Source: Octopus bimaculoides (taxonomy: Eukaryota). Taken from it: a stretch of 33,903 nt of DNA. The position numbers and the translations under genes are program-made. The stretch spans positions 6,417,949-6,451,851 of the forward strand of contig NC_069000.1 in assembly GCF_001194135.2 (NCBI RefSeq), written 5' to 3'. How positions within the stretch are numbered: the stretch's first letter is position 1; each line of letters begins with the position of its first letter. Under the pieces are notes generated by a model that had not been told where the DNA came from, made no database searches, and saw only the letters and a list, made by a program, of their open reading frames with translations. Positions 23,946-31,778 of the stretch are shown one piece after another.

Positions 23946-26900
23946 TTGCGTAACCCTTAAAATAAATTACATGTCTCAAGGAACCCCAACACAAACAAAA
24001 TTATGACAGAGTCCTGTCATCATTCTTGCTGACTAAAACCGTCGTCATCAAATCTCCAAACAGCATGCCTTGCTCTGAATACCAGAGAGTCACAACTACA
24101 ACATCAATCATACAATAAAGAGTGATGGGTTTATAAAGGTACTTCTAAACATTTGTATATCCAGAAGTAAAACCAATCTCTAGGAGTAATTCTAGACATT
24201 TGTAAGTAAAACTGTCAATAGGGACAATTCTAAGCAATTGTAAGTGAAACTGATCCCTAGGGGTGCTCCTAAATGCTTGTATACCCCAAAGTAAAGCTGA
24301 TCAGGGGTTACTGAACATCAAAACAAAATCCAGAAAAATATTCTGAGTAAAACACTTACTTCTTTATGAATGAGACTGCCGGCAAAATATGCATGTCCTA
24401 GTTTCCAAAAATCAGGAAAATTCTCAGTGACAATATCATTGAGTTCTTCAATGAACATAACTTTCTGTGGTGTCTTGAAGCGAGTGGCTGCAACAAATTA
24501 TTTTAAAATTATTTTTAAATAAGTTCAAAGCAAGATAATAATTTTTCCAAACAATCAATCTCGTTTTAGTATTTACATTCTCCAAGAGACAAACTAATGT
24601 CAGTGGCCTGGTGGATAAGAGTGTTACTACCCTTTTAAATTGTAATGTCTGGCTAAAGTATCGATAATTCTGAGAATCTCCACATTAGATCTCACCACCA
24701 CCACCCAAACCATTAACCAAAGAATTCAATTAATTAACTCACTTGTTGACTGGTCCTGTACTGAAGTAAGATTGCTGGATTTATCTGGCAAGAAAAAATA
24801 TTGAAAAATATGACAGTCACAAAAAGGCTCATCTGAGGAAGGGTAAGAATTGGTTTATCTGAAATAAAAGACTAAAAGAAAGAACTTACTGCGACCATAA
24901 CCAGTCTGGTGTGGAGACATTGGTGTAGTCTGCTTCCTTTCAATCGTACAATCTTCTTTTTTCAGTTTTTTACCTTTTTCCAAGAAAAACAAATTTTTTA
25001 AAAAACAAGTTAAAATTTACTATCAAACAATTATTTTCGTCATCACATTTACCGCAAAATGCAAAAAATCGAAATTAATGATGATGATGGATGATAGGAA
25101 AGATAAATGCTGAACTACCTTCTATAATATGTTCATTGCGACAATGAGACAACATGGTCATCAACCAATTCTGTTGGTTGTTGAGACATTCCCAGGCAGG
25201 TTCACCTCCGGATTCAAGACTCACCAGGTATCTACAGGGGAAACATACACAGACATTGACAAACAATTTATCAAAACTAGGGAAAAGACAACATCAGGCT
25301 CCTCCTCCTTTAACATCCATTTGCCATGCTGGTATGAGTTGGTTGGATAAGCCATTGTCCTCTCAACCAATCATCCAGGAACTTCAAGCCTTTGAAGTCA
25401 TGTAGAATAGGCAATACCTCACTTGAAAAAGGAGGTAAGGGTTAGCATCAGGAAGGGCATCCAGTTGTAGAACAAGACCTCATTCATCTATTTGTAAATA
25501 GTTACAATGTGGAGGTGCAGTCAACTATATATGCATCTAACCCATGCTAACATGGAAAAACAGACATAAAATGATGAAATGATTATAAATATATTTATAA
25601 TCATTATATGTGCTGGTGCCACGTAAAATGCACCCAATACACTCTGTAAAGTGGTTGGCAATGAAAGGTAATGATGACCTCAGTGAGATTTAAACTCAGA
25701 ACACAATCTCTCTCACACACACACACACACAACAAGAATTCTTACCGTATTAGTTTCTTTTGTTCCTCCAAAGAGTTTGGAAGTTCCAGGAGTTTGTTAT
25801 GTAACATCTTCCGGAACAGGTTTATTTGTTCCTCGACTTCTTTATAGACTGCCGAGAAGAAGCGTTACAAGTCGTATTATATACACACATAATATATACA
25901 TATAATATATATAATACTATATACACACATCACAATATATAATGATTAAATGCCTGGACACTCAAGGTGCAACAGAGTGAGATATAAAAAGTATTTACAT
26001 AATAAATAGAGATATGTATAAGAGTATATTATATTATTAAATGAAGAAGGCAGTCAGAATTTGGATAAATGCTATTTATTGAGTACTTTCATCCCCTTCA
26101 GGGATTCATCATAAACTGAGTGTGTGTGAGTGTGTGTACATGTATATTTGTGTATGTGTGTGTGTATCTTTTACTTTTTTTCTTGTTTCAGTTATTAGGC
26201 TGTGACCATGCTGGAGTACCACTTTGAAGAGTTTTTAGTTGAATGAATCAACCCCAGTAATTCATTTTTCGCCTGGTACTTTATCAGTTCCTTTTGCTGA
26301 ATTGCAAGGTTATGGCGACATAAACAAACCAACACTGGTTGTGAAGCAGTAGTGAGGTATCAAACACAGACACAAAGACACACACACATTTATACGATAG
26401 GCTTCTTTCAGTTTCCATCTACTAAATCCACTCACAAGGCTTTGGTCGGCCCGAGGCTATAGTAGAAGACACTTGCCCAAGGTGCAACACAGTGGGACTG
26501 AACCTTGAACTATGCAGTCAGGAAGCAAACTTCTTACCACACAGCCATGCCTACACACACAATCACATTTAATATGTTGATATTCTTATATCTCTTCTGA
26601 ATATATTGGTCAACTTGGCCAAGTTATGAGAGTGTAAAAAATACGGAAGGGAGTAAACAAAGCAATCAGTAAATAAAGAAAAATGAGAGTTTACCTTTCT
26701 TAAATATTTGCACCTGTGTATCAGCAAACAGTGATCTTGCTCGAACAAAATCATTAATGACTAGATTGTAGTCTCCCTGAAAGAAGATAATTACATTGTT
26801 TAATTAAGCTGTTAATTAAGAGATCATAATTCAGGTGTTCAAGATAAAAGTTCAGAGGGCAGTGACTGTCAGCTTCATCTGAATCATCATCAGACATGCA

Positions 26901-29900
26901 TACACATACAGATATGTATGCATGCGTATGCATATATATATATATATATACATACATACATATATATATATAAGTGTGGATGATGTTACGATGATGATAG
27001 TTGCCATTTGCAAGCAAATATGAACTGCTGCTAGCATGTATCATACTTTCACTAATTGTTTTAGGTGCTTGTGTAATCAATTGTGCAAACATAGACACCT
27101 TCCCTCAGCTGGTTCTGCACTCTAATGCAACAGAAAATGAAGTGCTTTGCCCAAGAACACGACACATCACCCAAAACTGTATGGTCATGAGCCCAACATC
27201 CAAAACCCTAGGCCATGCAAGTTCATTATGATATATATATATATATATATACATATAACATACATATTCACAACTGTGTACTTATCATCCTCACTTATCC
27301 ACGTTTGCAGGGCTCAGATAGAAATGGTTGAAGCAGGCATTCTATGACCAAGATACTCTTCCTGCAGCCAACCCTGACCTGTTTCCAAGCAAAGTAATAT
27401 TTCCCCATGGCCAGAGGTGGTTTCCCGTAGAAGACTGGAAATAATCGACATTGCTTTTTTACAACCATCACATGATGTCAAGACAAAGATACACACAAAC
27501 ACATACTCCCTTTCTCTCTCACTCACACAATGGGCTTCTTTCAGTTTCCATCCACTAAATAATCTCACAGGGCTTTGGTCAGGCTTGGAGCTATAGTAGA
27601 AAAAAACTTGCCCAAAGTGTTACACAGTGCAAGTGAGCCTGAAACCATATGGTCAGGAAGACTTCTGTAGAAAACATGTCGAGCGATGGGATATATCACC
27701 TTACTTGAAAACAGGGAAAGTTGGTGACAGGAAGGGCATCTAGCTTTAGAAAAGTCTGCCTCAACAAATTCCATCTAACCCATGCAAGCATGGAAAAGAA
27801 GATGTTAAATGATGATAATTATGACACACACACTTACCCTTTGTATATTGCGTTCAATATTAAGAGGAAGGTAGAATAGGAATTTGAATCTGTGTAAAAC
27901 ACTGAGAGCATTGCGTGTGGAATCTGCTTTATCCTTGCGACCGAGAACTTCTTGGAACAAGCCATCAGCACATGACTTAGCCTCTGAAAATAAAAAAAAG
28001 TAATTAATTAAGTTTATTAATTAGAGTGAAAAGAAAATTTTAAAATAAATATAAACAAAAATAAAAATTAGATAAATGAAACTGAAATTAAAAGTAATTG
28101 ATTTGTTGATATTTTGGTTATTTATTTGAATATATAAATAAATAAATAAAAGACTAAGATATTCTTTTCTATTCTAGGCACAAGGCCCGAAATTTTTGGG
28201 GGGGTTGGGGGAGGCGATTAGATTGACCCCAGTATGTAACTGGTACTTAATTTATCGACCCTAAAAAGGATGAAAGGTAAATTCAACCTCGGCAGAATTT
28301 GAACTCAGAAAGTAAAGACAGATGAAATACCGCTAAGCATTTCGCCCAGCATGCTAATGTTTCTGCCAGCTCGCTGCCTTAAAAGACTAAGATATTGTTG
28401 GTGAAATGGAAACGGTACTTACGCATCAAGAGAACAGCATATGAATTCATACAGTCACCACGAATATCATCAGTAGCAAACATTCTATTCATAGCTGAAA
28501 ACAATAGAAATTAAACCATATATATATGTGTACATGTGTGTGTTGTGTGTAATGCACAATACATGGATCTAAATAATCCAGTGGTAATCACAAAGAAGCT
28601 CCTTTAGTGGACCATGCCACAAACGAAATAGTAAACCAACATGTAGGAGATTAATGTAGCGTCCCTATGTTGTTGGAATCCAGTGAATCCAATGAATGAA
28701 GAAATATTTCATGAGGCATATACAGAATATAAAGAAAGTCAGTGGGTAGGAGATGAAAGGTAACGTTGGCACGGGCAGCATTTGAAGTAAAGGGTCGTAG
28801 CTAACATATTGCAAGGGATTTTGTCGAATGTTCTGGTTGAGTGCATCAATAAATTAATGTCATACCTGATAAACTTGACAAGCAATCGATAGTTGAGGAT
28901 AAATTTGACTTCATAAATGCAATTGGTCCTTCAGATCTCTGGGCTGCTTTCCGCTTCATGTAACCAAGGCCAGCTTTCAAGTCATCAAAACTGAAAAGAA
29001 CAAATAGGTTTTGAGCAAGCATGTATGTATATGTGTGTGTGTGTGTTGATATATATATGTACCCTTTTACATCTTAGAAACAGAGGAGGACTCATAACAT
29101 AAGGTACATCTAGATATTGCTAAAAGACAGGAGGTCAAACCTAATCAAAAGCATTGAAGCCATGACCATCCTACATTATTAGAGATGTCAAGAGCTACAT
29201 TATGTGACCTGTCCTTGAAATGGGAGATATGATTTGAGAGAGATTTGGTTGCTATTTCTAGAAGGTTTATCAAAGCTCCTTTTTGGGTGTTCTCCGAGTA
29301 ACACAGAAATGCAATGTAAAAATAAAAGAATTTCTCTTACCTTGTAGAGTGATGGTTCTCCAAGAGATACCAAGCTGGTGAAAAATTCTCCAAAGACATT
29401 TTACCAGAAGCTAGAAGAAATGTTGGAAAGAAAAGATGAAGTCCACAATGAAACAAAGACAAGACAAATACACACACACACACACACACACACATATGTA
29501 TGGTCATTTTTCCAGCGTTCACCACTTTATCTCATTATGGCTTAACAACCCTCACTGTTTGTTTTTACTGCTTTATTCTTACTGTCCTGTTTTTGTTACC
29601 ACTTTAACACTCCACAAAAAATCCAAAATTTTATTTAATTTGCTTTGCGGAAAGGACTGTTTTAATGAAGTCGCATCTTGTCCCAACGTTCGAAACGCGG
29701 AGTAGATAACACAGGAGACAACTGATGAAGGGATTGTTCTTTATGTTGCCTGTCTCGTTTCTCTATTTGTTTCTTTCACTGTTCGAAAAAAAGTTCGTTT
29801 TCCATGCTTTTGCTTTTTATGTTCTCGTTTCTCATTTTGTTCATGTTTTTTTGACGTCCTGTACCTATATATGCATGTATATATACATATATATGTAGGC

Positions 29901-31728
29901 ATGTACATGTATCTGTGTATATATGCATATATATATATATATATATTATTTATATTATATATGCCACAGAACCTCACAAAACTAGACACCAATATCTAAG
30001 CCTAACTAAGTTACCTATGAAAAAAAACAAATGATGCCAAAGTGATCCCCACAAACTATGATTCCACAAACACTTTCCACTTTACAAGAATAAAGGACAA
30101 CCCAGGACAATGAGACTAAGAGATAAGAAATTCACAGTTGATGCATAACAAATCTATTCCCATCATCAGCTGCTCAAACATATCATTATGGTTTCGACAC
30201 TTGGGCAGATACCATTGGGCAGGGTCCACAGTGTTAAAAATATAAAAGCTGCATGGGAATCCACCAGCTTATTACTGTAAGTAACAAAATACGAGTAAAC
30301 ATATATACATATGTGTGTGTGTATGGCAGTATGGTATTACATTTAATGATAATTAGATTAAATATTTTATCCTTACATGCAGTAACTCCTTCTCCACACA
30401 ATAACTTGTCCCTAGATGCATTAACTTACCCTACATGTAGTAAAAGCACCTCTACATCCAGTAACCCCCCCCCCCCTACACAGAATAACTCTCCCCCTTT
30501 GTACACTCACGACGTTCATTACTATCCTTTTAAAAAGAAAAGTTGAAAGAACAAAATTCATCAACTTACCTTCTGGAAACATCTCAAGCAATTCGTCTTC
30601 TTTAAATTTTGGTCTGGAAAAATTATTTAGAAAAACAGAAATTTATGAATCATGGAAGAAAGAAAGAAAGAAAAGGAGAACTACAAAGAAGAGAACAAGA
30701 AAGGAAAGAAGGGAAGAAAGAGAGGGAGAAAGCAAAAGATGTAAAAACTGGATAAAGTAGTCCAAGACACCTTACATCAAAAGCAAAGATGACAGTCACA
30801 GCCAGAAACAACAGCAATAACATCAACAACATTACAGAATAATTATTATATTCTAATTAATAATTTACACTTGGAAAAAGTCTTCTGTTGTTAACTAAAA
30901 TCTTGTGGATGGCACTAGGTAGATGGAAACTGTGTGGAAGCCTGTCAAAGGAACCATTCCAGTTGGTTGATTGGTAAACTTAATCCATTACCCATTGCCC
31001 AGCAGCTAAGCCTTGGGTGCTTCTAGAAGGATTCACTCTGTTACCAGTATTCCAGACAGAACTTTGACCTGAAAAGAATTTCATCTCTACCTTCTGCCAG
31101 TCTTGGAGATTCCTGAGAATGGTAAAAAATTGCCTCCCTTCCACCTCTGACTACGTCATGCTTGACAAAACAAGAGACCACATTGGCTGGATTTATTAAT
31201 CTAACATGAATTCACAAGTTCAAATCACACGAGAGATGCTCTTGAGATTCCAAAAAGGAAGGAATCTGGATCACCAAGCATAAAAGACTGAGAAATTCTG
31301 ATATTTAATTTTAACTTACTGTGTTCCTTCATCAGAAAGACCAAGAGGATCTTCATTGTCTTTGATTAACATTGGAGAAGACGCTCGACCACGACCAAGA
31401 TTTGACAAAACTGTTTGAGATTCATCAATCCAGATTGCAGATTCTTGAAGTGGGCCTGTTTTAAAAGAAATTTAAAGCACCTATGTGATAACTGTAAACC
31501 TACTTTTGGGCCACCCTGTATATATATATATATATATATATTTATGGAATTTACAAAAAAACAAAACAAAAAACAGAGATGGGTGTATAAACAACAAACA
31601 GATGTATTAGTTTAACGCTCGGGATGTGAGAAAGTATTTTACGTTTCGAGCCGACGCTCTTTGACAGAAAGGAACACAGAAATAAGCAGAGAGAGAAAAT
31701 AAAAAAAAGCTTTAGTGGCTACCGATCA

Positions 31729-31778
<50 letters not shown>

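Noticed and set aside
24785-24858. Longer version of exon 13 starting at the AG at 24859-24860
   Set aside because: It would leave a 31-nt intron and end in phase 0, breaking the frame with exon 14.
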